64,000 nucleotides of DNA from Phallusia mammillata (GCA_965637545.1 OZ281500.1:21142001-21206000), one strand, 5' to 3'. Shown: positions 26,901 through 42,189, counted from the stretch's first letter. Notes: generated from the sequence alone by a model not told the origin. Numbers and translations are program-made.

Positions 26901-29900
26901 TTTCACGTGATACATTGTGGGGAAGCTTCCTTATAGGGAGATCGTCTGTGGATGTTTGTTGTGATTTTAAGTCGTAGATAATCTGCCGTGGGATTTTGAA
27001 ATCAAAGTTTAATGTATTTTATCTGTTACCACCATAACAAGGTTTGCATTTTTTGTCTGTTTCATGCTCATATAAAGATCACCAAAAACGTTGATTTATT
27101 GCATGGGATACTTTTTACCGAGTAACGTGATTTTACATATGATAGCGAGTTTTACCTCAGTAAGAATGTTTAAAGTTTGTGAGGCATTTATTTGATGTCA
27201 CTCAAACCGCCAAATGCCTTAACGCAAATATCTTTTGAGTTTCACATTTGTCAAGTTAATATATACAAAACTGTGGATAAAGAACAATTCCATCGTCGGA
27301 AACCGCCCAATGTTTTAAGGTTCAAACAGAACTCTCAAGTAAATTCTATTTCTCACACTGTAACCACAATTTTTCTGTGGCACTACAACATGACTAGCTG
27401 TTGCCAATAGCACGTAGAATGTGAAGTATATGGGAAAAATCACGTACGCTTATATACTCGACAGGGACGACAGAAACCAAACGATAAGGATCCACTTGTC
27501 GACTTATCTACTCATTCGAGAGCCGACCCACCGACAACACACACTTGTGCTCTACACTTTCACCTGTGGCCTCCAAAAACGGTCTACCTGTCGACATAAA
27601 ACACTCGTGTTCAAGAATTTAAACAATCACGACTGTTGAGAGCGCACCCGGGCCTCGTGCAGACTTCACTGGAGTGGGTACTTGAAACAATCGCCCGCCG
27701 ACAAAGTGTCCGCTGTTGTTCTACACCGACTCAAGGGTTTATGTAAACAACACGTTTACCCTCTTATGTCGATATAGTAGCAGTAGCAAGCCGTGTTTTA
27801 TTGGGTTAAGCTTTGGGTATCGGAAATATGACGACTCTGGTCGAAATTCCTTGTCTTTTCGATGGCCGTTTGGAAGCAATACGTTTTGTGCAATTTGGGT
27901 TTGTTGAATGTGTTTTGTAAGGTAAAGGAATTGAAATACGCATATCCAACTGGAAAGATACCAATAAACTTCTTTTTACTACAAGAAACAAGTAGTTTTA
28001 TAAATGTATTGAGCTGCATTGTAATGAGCATAAACTGGTTCAACGTCTATAAGAAAGTTGTACTAGCTTGCTAAAAAATTAGACGCATACATAACTATGA
28101 TGCCCTTAAGGCTGTGTCCTTAAAAATCTGACATGAAAATTTAAAGTTTCGGTAAATGCTACGAAATATGATTTATAGTTACTATTATGCATCGCAACCC
28201 CATATGTTTTTCGTTTTTTTTATCACGCAAGCGCTTAGCCACAAATCGCTAGTCGTCAGAGTGCATTGCGCGGTCGACAACGCAGGCCTGCCTGACGAAG
28301 TTTCGTGTGAAAAAGTCACCGATTCATGAATAGACCGAGTGTGGGAAATTTGTCGCCCGCTCGTTTGCTGCCAGTCTCAACTTACTGTTGATTGTCATCG
28401 AGCTTAACGCAGGTGCTCTTCCCCCTTTCTGCCTTGTCTAGGGCGCGAAATCCGAACGCTCGTCAGGTGTTCGGCCACTGTGCAGTCACGACAGAACCCG
28501 TCAACACATTACCCCCATAAAACCGCGTCTTTACGGATGGAATCCATCACCACTCCATGCAGTGTTAAGCGGTTTGTCAAATCAAGCGTTAAATGTTTTA
28601 ATCACGTCGCAATTTGTAGCATTTTACCCTGCGAACGAAGTTACCTAAAAGTATTGAGGCTTCTGGACATATTTCCATTTATTTATTTATTTAGTCAAAG
28701 AAAAAGGATTCTGGTCTCATCCGATTTTAAAACGTATCTACGGTTTACAAAGTTTGCGAACTTTTGTTCTATTTTAGATGTTTTTTTTAGTTGAAGGGAA
28801 TAGTCTATAGGTGAACCTTAAGAGATGCAGGTACATTATACCTTTTTGAACTCTTTGTAATTGTTGATATCTAGTCATGAATACTGCTCTAGTATATTTT
28901 GTTTGTGTGAGTAAATTGGCCTTCGCTTGCTTCATCATGTGTCTAGTGATAAATTCAGGTAATAAATGCATTATTTTTAACGCTTTAAAAACCAGACACT
29001 TTATTTACCCCCTTGCAGACTTTTTTGGTTCTAAACACTTAAGTTAACTCCTAACCCAATAAACGGCGTGGCCAATTCTATACGTACGTTTCCCGCTTTA
29101 ATTTGAAAGCCTTTAGCATCTGTTAGACTTGTTGGTGAATGAAACGGTCGTGCCGGGCTGTGAATAGAACGCTTATAACGTTTCACACCTTCGTATGTAA
29201 ACAGGTGCTTATGAGGGCGGAATTCTCCACTCTACTTTGCGACACGAAACCTTTTGTGTCAACGACACTAAATCCTACAGTGGCAAAAGGGATAAGTGGC
29301 AACGAAGTAATTTCTTGAAAAGATTTATTCTGATCTCGAAGCAAAAGAGGAATCGCGTTTTGACAATATCCTTCTCCGTAAACCATCTGTGGGGACTTTT
29401 AAATGCAGAGCTGGCGAGGCTTTTGACAATGGTGGAAAGAAATTAAATAAAATTTGCACATATTAAATTAAAAATTATGCGTTTTTGAACAAACATTTCG
29501 TCTGCCGGAAATTGATTTCAGGAAGAAATCACAAAGAAAAACTAGAACAAAATTAAAATTAGACTTCTCATCTAAAAAAGAGTAAAGAGACGCAGAAAAA
29601 AAACAGTGCATTTAAATAAATTTAAAAAACAAAACAAAACAATAATAATCACCATTCGACACAGGGGTAAGCATCCGGTTGTCAAACACAAAGTAAATCT
29701 CTAATGGACTTGCATTCGGGCCTGAGTTCAAACCACGTCTTGTTGTTACAGCTTGTTTGTCCCAGGACCGCTCCGTGCGTCGCTACTAGGCACGCTATTA
29801 GGGGTGTGAAGGGGGTAATTTAACACCTCCGGCGGGGTACAGCGCGTCACAGTCAACGTAGCATGCCAGCCGTACACACACCCATGCCCCAGCGTCACCC

Positions 29901-32900
29901 AGCAGCCCCTTGTTTAACCCCAGCGGAGTGATTGACAGCCTGCAAAGTCACGTGGTGTTCCGCGCAGGTGCGAACGGGCCCATTTGGTTTTTGGTTCGTC
30001 ATTCAACACTCATTTGTCTGGGCACGACAGTTTGTGGCCAGGAACGCGGGTCAGGCATCAAGAGAGCTTTAATTCGAACTCCTCTTGCTTTGTCCACTGT
30101 GAGCACAGCGCTCAAATACAATTACGGAGTATGTGATGGTGCCAGAAACCGCTGTAATTAAACTTTGATAAAAGGGTGATTAGCAACCGACCCATGCCGT
30201 TGCTATGTGCGTATCGCGTTGTGCTGGCGTTGTCATGGTGATGTGTGACGCATAATCTTGGCGTGTGGGGCGAAGACCACGTCTAAACCGGCTTGTGTAT
30301 GTTTACTTGGCAAATATCCAGACAAGTATAGTTAAGCTATATACGTGACTGTGACATACCAAAAACACAACCTGTAAACCTGTTATTTTATTTTAAATAA
30401 CTGTGATAAAGTAACCGTTGTTTGAAATAATGTTACGTTTTACTTTTGTCTGTATTTTTCTGCTTTGTTTTTAAATGTGTTTGTACATTTAGCTCTCAGC
30501 AAAACTGAATGGAATTACGATCAATTTTAGTCCTTTACACGCTCAATTAAAATCTCAAAATCATTTTACACGATTGTCACATTTTTAGGCGGACTGTAAA
30601 AAAACGTTTTTGAAATGTATGCGCTCTTAAAATTTAGAGAGCAGGGCATTTTTAAGGTCTATTGACGTAGAAAATTGCAACTGAAATGTAAAAACAGACG
30701 CGGCAAAAAATCTAACCTCAAAAGGTGTCGCCATTTTGAGAGTGGCCCTTATGTCTCAGTGGCCACATTACTCGCAAACTCTTCACAATCTCGCCCGCGG
30801 AAGCAGTTTTTGTGCTCATCACACAATCTTTCGAGTGTTTTAACAAGTTGATTCCACTCCGCAACATGCCAGGGGGTGCTTATCTTCACAAAACACACAC
30901 TTCAGGTGAATTGCATACCGTGGTGAATTTACAGCTTTAAACCAGAGTCATTTTCATTCATAAAATAGTTACCAAAAAAAACATTTAATTCACTTGTGAT
31001 ATTTTTGATAGTTGCTAAAGGCATTTAAAAGTAATTTTTGCTTGTCTGGTTGGCATTGTTTTTTACACATGTCATTTAGTTCAACATTTTATATTACATG
31101 AGCCAAAATGATGGGGTCTAGATTCTAGATGTAAACTTTCATGGCTAAACGTTTTGAACGCCTGTGAAATTGAATTAAATGTCAAATGTATAGCAGGTCT
31201 GTCGAAAAGATCGATGCTAATTTGTATGCAAATTCGAACCATGACAAATCTGATTAAATGCAATTAAAGCTTCTCAGCAATAATTTGTACACGCTTCATA
31301 CACACTTATTGCCATGGTTAATTGAATGTAAGATATAAAGATAAAAACAAACCAAACGCAAAACGAATGGTAAAGTAGTGTGAAAACAACTGTGACTTTC
31401 GGTTGTGACTAATGCATTTTCAAACTCTTGGACACAAAATTTACCTGTTTTCTGGAACTTACCTGCTGTTTCGTATTTGCACAGAAAAGCCGAACACAAA
31501 CGCGGTCGCGCGCGCTGCGTCGATGGGGGTGGAGGGCGATAAGGCCGTGACATGGACGAGGAAAACAACACGGAACCGACGAATTTATCTCAGCGTCAAA
31601 CGTTCGAAGTCCAGACTCGCAAATAACCTGACAGCAATTTGTCATTGTTTAACCGGTGCCCGTCAGGTTGATCTCACAACGATTGACACCACCGACCTTT
31701 GCGTCTGAAGGTGCGGACTGCACGGGTCCGTGTGAACGCAAACAGTTCTTATCTTTTCGTCGTTTGCTTGCCAATTTCGGGCGACGCTTGTTTCGACTGG
31801 GATATTATAAATTTCCTATTCCCCGCGTAGTATTGGTAAATAGATGCCGCGCGCCGTTATCAGCAAAGTCAAACAACGCGAATTAACATATGATTTCTGT
31901 TAGGACTTTGAGCCGTGCTAGTCATGACGTGAGAAGGGGTGGGGCGACATTGGGTTAGGGGTGGGGGTCTTTCAGTGTTGAGTGTTTGACTTTTCCAACG
32001 AAGGGACAATCCTCAAGTGAAGTTTGTGAGTCAATAGAGTGAAGGACACAACAAGTCCACAACGATTTCAAGTCGAAGAGCCAGTGATAAATACTCTTTT
32101 CCACACCTTTTCTGTCCGTCCCGTGTTTGTTTGTGGAATGCTTTCGGTTTGTGGGCAAAGTTTGGTGCCTAAGAAAATTACCGAAAAATCATCCCGAGAG
32201 CCTAAATTAAGCTCTTTTTTTGAAACTTAAGCACGAACCCGTCTTAAACACACACCCGACCCGAAAAGCTCGTACCGTAACTATTTTATTTTGCTTTTGA
32301 AAAGATTGATTGTACTCTAGGATCAACCACTAATAACCTTTTGATTTTGAGGTTTAAACTTTACACTTAAATGTGTGACACTTTACAACAAAATGCTTTA
32401 TTTTTTCGAGAAATTGATGACATATGGTTCTTGAGTATTACGTTGACGGTCGCAACCATTTTGTTGCAGCAAACCTGTACGACATTTGGTCAGCCTATGG
32501 TAACTCAATAGCACCCACCAGCGACATAATAGTTATCCATAAAATACTGAACAAGTATTTCGTTTACGGGGTTACATATTTACTAAACTTATTTAAAGTA
32601 GTGCTTAATGTTAGCTGTTATAGCTAGGAATTTAACACGTGCAAATCGACAATAACATTTTTGATATTGACAGTAAAACAACAAAAAAACAACATCATGT
32701 TTCTATTTACAGCAAACAAAATGCAATTTCAAGTAATATCAATATATCGAATCCTCACTTTGATTTGCGTTATGAAAAAACCGCTTATGAAAAGAAAAAG
32801 ATATTCTTTAAGTGAAACACTTAATGGTAAGATTACCGGCACATAAAGACTCGTTAAAAATCGACCATCTTAATTATTTTTCGATTTTCTCCTCAATGCC

Positions 32901-35277
32901 GAGATGGCGCGATTTAATTTAGTTGTCGTTTGCAAAATCGGCTTAACTCGCAAACAAACCTTCCCGAATAGATTATCTGGACAAATACGGCGCGAAACCA
33001 TGGGAGATTCGAAAGTTCGAGGCACACACAAGATGCCGCGCAGGTCCCTGTTAAATTATTCATGCCAAGTTTGTAAGAACCAACTCAGAATAAAAACATG
33101 TCAGTTTTAGTGTAAACAATAGGTTCATGTTTAGTGTTACGACAAAACAAATCAGCACTAGCTGTTAAAACGTTTTTTTTTTGATGACTTTTCAGTTGCA
33201 ACTAAGTATAAGATAAACAAACAACTAAATATACAATTGCTTAATTATTATCAGTACAGTCGAAGTTGGCTGGGCCGATGTTTAGACGTATACTGAAGAT
33301 ATATCAGCAATTGATGCATAATGCTACGCTCAATCATTGGGCAAACAGATGCCGTGCCGCGCTCTAATCTGATTTCAAATAAGAGACCGACATGCATTAT
33401 TCAGCGCAGCGAAAAACCAGCATGGACGAAAACAATACGATCAATAACAGGCGAGTGAAAATTCGGTTTACAGCTATAATCCCGCGCCGGAATTCTGATT
33501 GTGCACTGGCAAAAGCGCATGTGCCGCTAGCGTTTGCTGGGATTTAGGCAGCTGTAGTGATTCATCTGCACACTAATAGGCCAGTAGCAACTGAAACCCA
33601 ATTTCGGTGTAAGAAGTGTCCATTTGTATGGATGGTACCTGCAAATACATAGTACAAGTTTGAGTTGACTAGCGACGGTAGGATCGCAAGTTACTTGGTC
33701 GCTATAAGCGTTGGAGTGGGGAGCAAGGCTTCCTTTCATACAGAGTTACGTCATTTCCGCCTGTACACTCATTGTTGCCACACAGCAAGAGAGATCTCCC
33801 ATAGCCAGCAGTAAGCAAGGCGCCTGTTGATAAGAAGTGTCAGCTTTGCATAGAGTTTGCTGGTCTTTGATGCTTATAGATGTGTTGTGGTAGAACACGT
33901 TATAGGTCAGTTGTCGTAAAGGCTACTTGTAAAGTCATAGAACAGACATAATGAAATGACTTTCAAAACTAATGCAAAGCAGGTGTCATATTTTAGTTGC
34001 TGACTTTATTATGTAAAGGCTAAAATGTACACCACGTGGGTTGGTTTAACTGTAGCTGCATAATTCATTAACATATGTAATTCAGCACAACAATGAAAGT
34101 TTTATTTAACATTTATACTACTTTTTAAAGTCTCGCTCAGATGGGAACTTACCATAAAGGTTAGGCTTCAGTTTTGTTGTTGTCAGACATTATCTAGCAG
34201 ACGTGGCCATGAACAGAAAACGTTTCTTGACATTAAAACAAACAATCACTTCACTGTAATATTTTCAACAAAAACCTATTGAGAAACATGGCGCTGGCAG
34301 CTTTGTTACGTCACAAGCAGTTGAAAATAGTAAACACGTCAGCTGATGTGCTTCGTAGATCTGTTTGTGGTGTTAAGGATTTGTGGCCAAGACGTGGGAG
34401 TGTTATGCAAACAGGTTAATAAGGAAATGCTGCTTCTGGCGCATAGGCGTTGTGTCCCAAGCAGAATAACCGCAAAGGCCTTTGCCTTACAACCCCAGGT
34501 GTCTATTTCCGACAGCATGTGTGTGACCTATTTCCATTGTAAATAAGAAAAAGTGGTTAAGCTTGTATTGGCATCAAACAGAAACTTGCACTTTGTATCA
34601 CTGGATAACTAGCCAGCCAGTGAAGTACATCAGTAAAGAAATTTGCAGCAAAAGTGGGATAAGAAATTATTACAGTCATAATATCACTATTACTTGATTT
34701 TCATAGTTTTTTTGGCAAGTTTGTTTGTGCTGTAGATGCATTTATAATAAAAAATGGTATAAACATGAGTTTTAGGCCTTTACAATTCCTGCAGTGTGTT
34801 TTTTTATCATGTATTTTTTAAATGAATAGTTAGTTTTGTAAAACCTTCTGCAAAATGCACCTGCTGGGAAACTAGAAAGCAACATTATAATAAAAGGTTA
34901 ATCAGTCGCAGCAGCTGTTATGTTGTAGCAAGCAATATTTGGTTGCTTTTTGTAAGATCAGCCATACACTAAACATGGATATGGTTTGTTACTTATGTAC
35001 GCACGCTAACTACGCCTTGTTTTTCTGTTTCAGACATGCGTTAATTCCCTTCAAATCTGCCTCATATGTCGCACAGTGCATTAACGCTCGTGTTATGACA
35101 CTTGCCCCGGATTAAGACCTTTCCATATTCGGCGCACCCCGGATCTTCCTACCAATAAAAGGCCACAAACGCCGTATGCTGTTGTCTTTACATTTGAACC
35201 ACAAGCGCTGTTGCTAAGCAACTAGATCCCTCAGAATTGCGACGGATCAAACCGAATCTGTGTCTCCGGCTGCTTCC

Positions 35278-38200
35278 ATGGCAAGCCTGCTTCGTTGTGT
35301 AGTGGTGGGCGATGGCGCAGTAGGCAAGACCAGTATGCTGATCAGTTACAGCAAAGGCGACTTTCCTGACGAATACGTTCCAACCATTCTCGACCAATAC
35401 GCCGGTAAGGTTATCAGTATAAGTTGTTACATGTTTAACTGAATGGTCTATGCCAGGGGTGGGCAACCTGCGGCCCTCGGGCCACATGCGGCCCTTGATT
35501 CAAGGTTGTGCGGCCCGCGGAGACGCTTGAATTTGAAATGCACTGACAAACGAGTATATTTTTGAGCAGATTAATGCGCCGATGCTATTTTTTGCGACCT
35601 GACAATATGTGGCTAGAATCAAATGCGAATTTTACTCGTGGTTAAGCATATTTGGTAAGCAACGAAGCAAAATCACCTTGTGTTATACACAGGTGCGGCC
35701 CGCGAGCTAATTTTGGCTTTTGGTTTTGGCCCCACAGTAACAAAGGTTGCCCACCCCTGGTCTATGCCCTCAGGAATGGTACTAAACGTGCGACTTTTGT
35801 AAAGGACCGTGAGATTCTGTATTGCGCATTTGCAAGAAGTTGCTAAAAGTGTCACGAACTAGTCTGTGACCCCCAGGAATCGGCAATGTCTGTTTGAGAG
35901 TAACGCATTAGAAAAAGTTGGGTGTAGCTACTATTAATTTCTAACTAGTCCTCTTGTAGTCCATTTTTGCATCGTTATACTTGCATTTTTGATACTCACA
36001 AGCAGGTTTTTTTTAAGGTTTGGTTTGGGTGACCGCTAAGTAGTTTTAAGAGACCGCAAGTGTTTCATTTAAATACCAAAAAATCCAAAGTCCAAATTTT
36101 GGGAAACCTCTGGAGAAATTTGGGGGACCGTTTCGGAACTAGCTATTAAAAAAGGGAAGTAAACTCAATTGTTGCAGGCCTAAAAATAGTGAGCCTATTG
36201 TTTCAACTATGATTTGTGACGATTTTCACTATTGTTGTTTTGCCCGTACACCCTAATTTGATTTTCGAAGCAATATTGATCCGGTAATTCCCATTCCCGG
36301 TGGCTTATTCTCGGTAAATGACTTATCTTGTTACATTGAAACCTACGCAGTTTGCATATCTAATAAGGTGTCAAATGTGCTTAATCAAGCACATTTCCAT
36401 TCGACACAAACATTGATCGCTTGTGCTATCGTTTTCACCATAGATCGTAAAACAAAAAATCCGCCTAATTAGAATTTATGTTTGAATAAAACTTGTTTGC
36501 TTTTTGCAAAATTAGGATGAAAGTATACCCTATTGTGTCTGGTCTTGTTTAAATTTTACCTAAAAAGGAAGATACTCACCACACAGGCCTCAAATTTAAC
36601 GTCAGCATTTTGCTAAGCTGGATTAAAAGAAAACCGCGTTACTAAATTATTAATTGGCAGTCATCCTTTGCTTGTTTTACATGACACATACAGGGCCATC
36701 ACGTGACGGGCTGGCTGCTATTAAATGTCGCTCTGTAGCCTACTGTGGTGTTGTAATTTCGTGATCGTGTTGTTCATGTGATTTAAACATAGCTGACCCA
36801 TTGCCGTGGAGGTCACAATAGTGTATGATGTAACCAAAAAGAAAATTGTTGCGTTTTGACTGTTACCTAAAAAACGTTTGGTCCGCCATGGAGTGTGATT
36901 CTATATTTTCAAGAAGGACAAGTCTATACAACCTTGAAACTACTAAACTTCTATTTGTACAGTAACTTGGATTAGTATTCTTGCTAAGTTTAGCTCTTAC
37001 GGTAAATTTCTTTGATAAAGAAAAATGTGTACAAATTCTAAGCTTGTCCAACTATGTCCAGCAGTTTAAAAGTTGTTTCCGATTAAGTAATAAAAAAACC
37101 TTTGTTGTTTATCCAATGAAAGCAATGTCAAAAAGTTGCGCGTGAAAATAAATTTCGGTTCTTCTTTTGTTCTTCAACGTTAACCTTCGACGGAAACGCT
37201 GTTGCATCACCACCGTATGTTTTAGCAAACGCTGTCACATCGCGAAATGACTATATTTAGAAAAGTTACCGCTTTGAAGCTGTACACACAGCAATGGAAA
37301 AGCCTTTGGTCACCAGACAATGGCATTATTCCAAAATTTAGATGGCTTTTGTTACATGCAATTACGCACATGCACATAAAAACCACAATTAAACTGATAG
37401 CAACTATGGTATTTTTACAATATTAGCATATTATGATGTTCGCATTATGATTAATATGAACTACCCTGACATTTGGCTTATTTTCAGCAGTATCATTTTA
37501 CCAATATAGCAGCTGTGCTAATGACTGTAAATGGATTTTGATTCCGGTTTCGTAGAAACTGTAAAATTACTGTAGGGTTCATTGAACTGTCGGCTGTGAC
37601 CAAAATGCTGAAAAAATATTCGAACATTGCATTCAGTGTACGGGTATTTTAAATATAGTTTTTTGCCTGTTTAAATTTTTGTTCGGATGTATTTTCTGTT
37701 TTTGAACATCTCTTAGCCTTTCTGCAGTGTTGCTAGAACTAGTGTTAGAATTTTTGGGGGGTGGTAAACGAAAGGTTTTCGATTTTGATTTTTGGGACAC
37801 TAGGAAACCACGTACCATAAAATGCTCATTTTATCTGGTTCAGGCTACATATAATCCACTCATGGACAATTAGCTTTTGGGTCAGGAAATAAAATACAAT
37901 ATTTTCTGACTTTTAATACTGCTACTACTTGCATCTAAGATCTCAATTATAGTTTCCTTAACAAGCAATTCGTTTTTTTAGCAAAACACAAAACCTTATG
38001 TTTCCATTCCATACAGCCAACATCAACGTCGGGGGAACTCCCTATCTTCTCGAGTTGATTGACACAGCAGGACAAGAAGACTATGATCGACTTCGCCCAC
38101 TGTCGTACAACAAGGCCGACATTTTTCTCGTATGTTACTCCGTAGTTGTCCCCTCTTCCTTCACAAACATCAAGGAGACCTGGATACCAGAACTTAAAGA

Positions 38201-40803
38201 GCACGCAGCCAATGTCCCATTTCTCCTGGTAAGCTTGTTACTGGCAACTTGTTATTTTGCGGAACCAGTGTTATAATACAACATAACTATACATCGGAAC
38301 TTATAGTGCGACCATGCGACAAATTAACTTTCCAGACCAATTAGATATATTTGTTACAAAAACGTGTAGAAATTCGTGCATTTAAAATCTTTGCAATATG
38401 TTTAGTACTTTTAAAGGAATTGTGGAGCTCTAAGTTTTACGTTTTGTACTGGCAACATTGCTGTTTTAAAAGGGTCAGTGATTCAACGCGTGTTCCGAAA
38501 TCCTACTATTTCGGCCGCAGCATTTCGTTCATTAACTTGACGAAAACTTTTAAGCTACGTGTTTGTTGGTGCTAAACTTTAGCTGACAAGATAATGGCTA
38601 AAGTCAAGCTAGGTGCAAATTTGAACATGACTTTAGTCCATCTCAAAAATGATACATTTATTCCCAATGGGTAAATTTGGCAACTATTTTAGTAACACTA
38701 AACCATCGAGCTATTACATAATAAGTAAGCTGTGAAAAGTCCACACTGTTTCGAGGCGACACTAGCCAAAACGGTAAATGTCTTGTCATCAGCTGCGTTG
38801 ATAAAACCTTATAGTTCAAAACAGTGTGTACTGTGTGTAGCTTATTTAATTTTCCGAGTTTTTTATGTGTATATTAATTTACCATCATAAAAAAGTTCCG
38901 AAATACATAATTAAAATCTTGCTTTAGCTTTGAGCTTCACCCAAAGAAACCTTTACCTTCATCAAAAAGTATTTTAGTCACCAAACTATCATGCGTGGCC
39001 TGATCTCAACCTTTGTTTACAACGAACAAGGGTTTTGGACTCTGCTTAGCTTGCTTCTACGAAACTGCGTTAAACTAATTTTAGTTTTCTCAACTTTTGT
39101 ATTTCCGTGTGCGTGACGACAAAACATGATGCAAACGTAAACGTTAGTTTTGAAACGTGCAGTTTACTTCTTACCACTCAAAGGTAGAACCAACTTTACC
39201 TGCTGATGTACAGTTGATGTTTTCATTAAGAGTAAAACTTTTATAGGTTTCTATACAGCCAATCCTATACTTGAAAATTACAGGAAGTTGAAAAGTCTAT
39301 TTTACAGTTCATTGCACAAAGATAACTTACAAACCCGATGTGAATAGTTGAATGTCTGTAAATACACAGTTGAGATATGAATGGTGCCTCTTAATAGGTA
39401 CAACTTTATCTTTCATTCTTTTTTTTCCTGCAAATCACGCAGAACTACAATCTACCACGTTTCAAAACCCAACTGCATATAAAAGACGTTTATATTTATG
39501 TTTCAAATGAGAAACTGTAAGTACATTAGCATGTACTGTAATTATGCAAAGTTCTACATATTGTATTGGGGTTATTAGGCTTTAAAGCAGCATTGCATTG
39601 CATAACGTTATGCCATAATGTTTTAGGTTGGTGGGGTACCACAATGGATTTTTCACGACTGTAAAAACGTTGAAAAACACTGGCATATCGATTGTATTAT
39701 GTAAAGGGGAACGTAAGTAGATTTTCATGATTAAATTGATATTGAATGTAAAAAACAAATAGCTGTGCACCTTTTGGTATGCGACAAGTAATTTACCGCA
39801 TATCCGATACAGCATAAAGAGGGATGTGACACTACAAAATGAGTTTAAAGACAAGAAAGGCGTCTTTCAGTGCAAAACTATACTGGCAGTACTTAAATTA
39901 CACTGGATGCATTTACTGGGTTATATTCAGACTCAGAGCGGACGCGTTAACGTGGGGACCTCGTTATGCACATGACGTCAATTAGTAGACAGAAAAATTG
40001 CGTCAGTGGTATATAGTGTACACACTGTATACTGTCTAATACACCGATAGAACTAGACACTGGTAATAGTTCGTGAACTTACACGTGAAGGTTTAGACAT
40101 TATTCTGGACATTTGGCGTCAATATTAAATTCAACTAACCCTTTTGACCCTGTTGGCAATGATACTATTTATGGACTTAAATACTTCTATTATGGTTTGG
40201 ATCGATAATGCTGGTCACGTTATTTTTGTACAAGCGTCCGTTTCAGCAAAACCTCGTTCAGATAATTGTGTTTAGATTTTTAAAAATATGTTCGTAAAAA
40301 GTCCGTTTTGTTAAGGACCTGCCCGCATGCCTTGTTTAAACGAAGTGTTTAGATGGACATAAAATTTCAACTTTTTCCGATTAACATATCTAATGAATAA
40401 GTTGAAAAGATGGAACTCAGTCACTTTTATGCTTCTGATTTGATATCATATCTAAAACCGTCTAATTAGCAAAGTGTGCTGATACAATATCAACATTTTG
40501 AAAACTTAACAACTGCGGTAGCCAAACAAAATTAACTTTTGCATTTCTTGGTAGGTTGGCACTCAAATTGACCTGCGAGACGACGCTAGGCAAATCCAGG
40601 AACTCCATAAACGAAAGCTAAAACCGATCACGAAAGAGCTTGGCCAGAAGCGAGCAGCCAAGTTAGGTGCAGCTTGCTACAAAGAATGCTCTGCAGTAAC
40701 CATGGACGGTATTAAAGAGGTTTTTGACGAAGCCATTCACACAATCCTCTCGCCGCCAGAGAAATATGATAGGAACGACAAACGGCGCTGCGTTGTCTCA
40801 TAA
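35278..40803 (+). CDS. RHOQ: Rho-family small GTPase, Cdc42 subfamily, RhoJ/RhoQ (TCL/TC10)-like, 195 aa
   Basis: Exons 35278-35404, 38017-38228 and 40555-40803 (588 nt). [66 protein letters not shown], and CAAX = CVVS. A lineage-specific Cdc42-like paralogue cannot be excluded. Confidence 0.85.
35454..35759. mobile_element. hAT (Charlie-like) MITE, 306 bp, in Rho intron 1
   Basis: Perfect 16-bp TIR caggggtgggcaacct/aggttgcccacccctg and a perfect 8-bp TSD gtctatgc. Confidence 0.93.
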
Positions 40804-41726
40804 CGACTCCTAGTGTTAATATGATTTGTGACCAATTTGCTGCGATGGCTCGCCGGTTCTAAAGCGACGGTTTTGCGAAGATTTATTTACTGTTTTAAGT
40901 TTTTTAAGTGAAACTTTATTCGTTTTGTTTTTCGTATTTTATAAACGGTTTGGAATGCGTCGCCAACAACACATTTTGAACTGATTTACACATATACCAA
41001 AGTGACAGGCATTTTCAAATATTTTTTTCTTCTTCGCATGGTAAAGAAAAAGTATTGATGTTATACTCCTTTCCGTATTTCGTCCCCTGCAAGTAAACAT
41101 GTCCGCTTTACACTGATCACACAACGAATTTAAAAAAACAAAGACATTTTTAAGCATATTAACTATGTTAAAAATTTTCTTAGAGTTTGATTTGATACCA
41201 GACGAAAAAAACATACTCTCTCGGTTTAAGATAGGCTACTTGCAATGGTAGGCTGGGCTAAATTTCAGTAGGTCGTTATCTTTTTACTATTCTGACAACC
41301 AACGACGACTCAATGATATGTTCTTTGGGTTGGAACACAGTGCGTTATAACGTAACAAAAACCAAAAAACTGTTGAAATATTAACACAAATAATACTTAC
41401 TTTCCATCTGAACTTGCATAGCCTATAATTGCTGAATAGATAAGGTACGACAACTTTGCACAATAAATGAAAACGGCAAAGCATCGACATACACACTTGT
41501 TTATTGTGTGCCTTTAACTGCATGGTATCCGTTTGCGCATGGTGTAGTTCTATTACTTACTTGTTTCCAATACAAATGCATTCAAGTGTTGGCGTACAAG
41601 GCTTCTAAGACTTGCATAGCCTACTCTTGGCACAAGAATTAGTGGTTATACTGGCAGACGCACAGTTGGGGTGCTGCAATACTGTCATGATTGTATAGAT
41701 TTATGATGTAGCTCAGTTGTCTCCAG

Positions 41727-42085
41727 TAGTGATGTACCGAATCTTCCTCCAATGGTATAATTCCGAGGCCGAATTGGGCTAAAAAACCCTTTCTAGTGGA
41801 TGTTTTTAACTAAACCTTGTGTTGTTGATGCGGCAAAACTCATTTATTACAATCCAAAACCACCCTTACCAAAAGTAAGCTAAACAAAATACATGGCAGA
41901 CAAGATGGTTCGTGTTTTCTACGTACAACATTTAGTAAATTTATAAGGTTTTAATTTGGCCATATTGAAAGTCTAGACTTTTATTATATTCATTTCATTA
42001 AAAAACTTCGGTTTCGGCCAAAACATCGTCAAAACGTTTACTAGGCCGAGATGTTTCGAATAACCTAAACTTCGGTGCACCACTA
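41727..42085. mobile_element. MITE with TAGTG(A/G)TG termini
   Basis: tagtgatgtaccgaa ... ttcggtgcaccacta (13/15 match as inverted repeats). Only a 3-bp cag duplication flanks it. Confidence 0.55.
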
Positions 42086-42189
42086 CAGCATCCACCCTAA
42101 GTTCGGTGCCACAACAGGGCTTAAACCACAGAGGAAAATGGTTCAGTGATGTCGACCCAGTGTCACTATATCAATATAAAAGCATCTTA

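Noticed and set aside
26550-26980. Three overlapping + strand ORFs, including a DPMFWP motif reminiscent of LINE ORF1
   Set aside because: A single short motif is too weak to call a retroelement remnant without a search.
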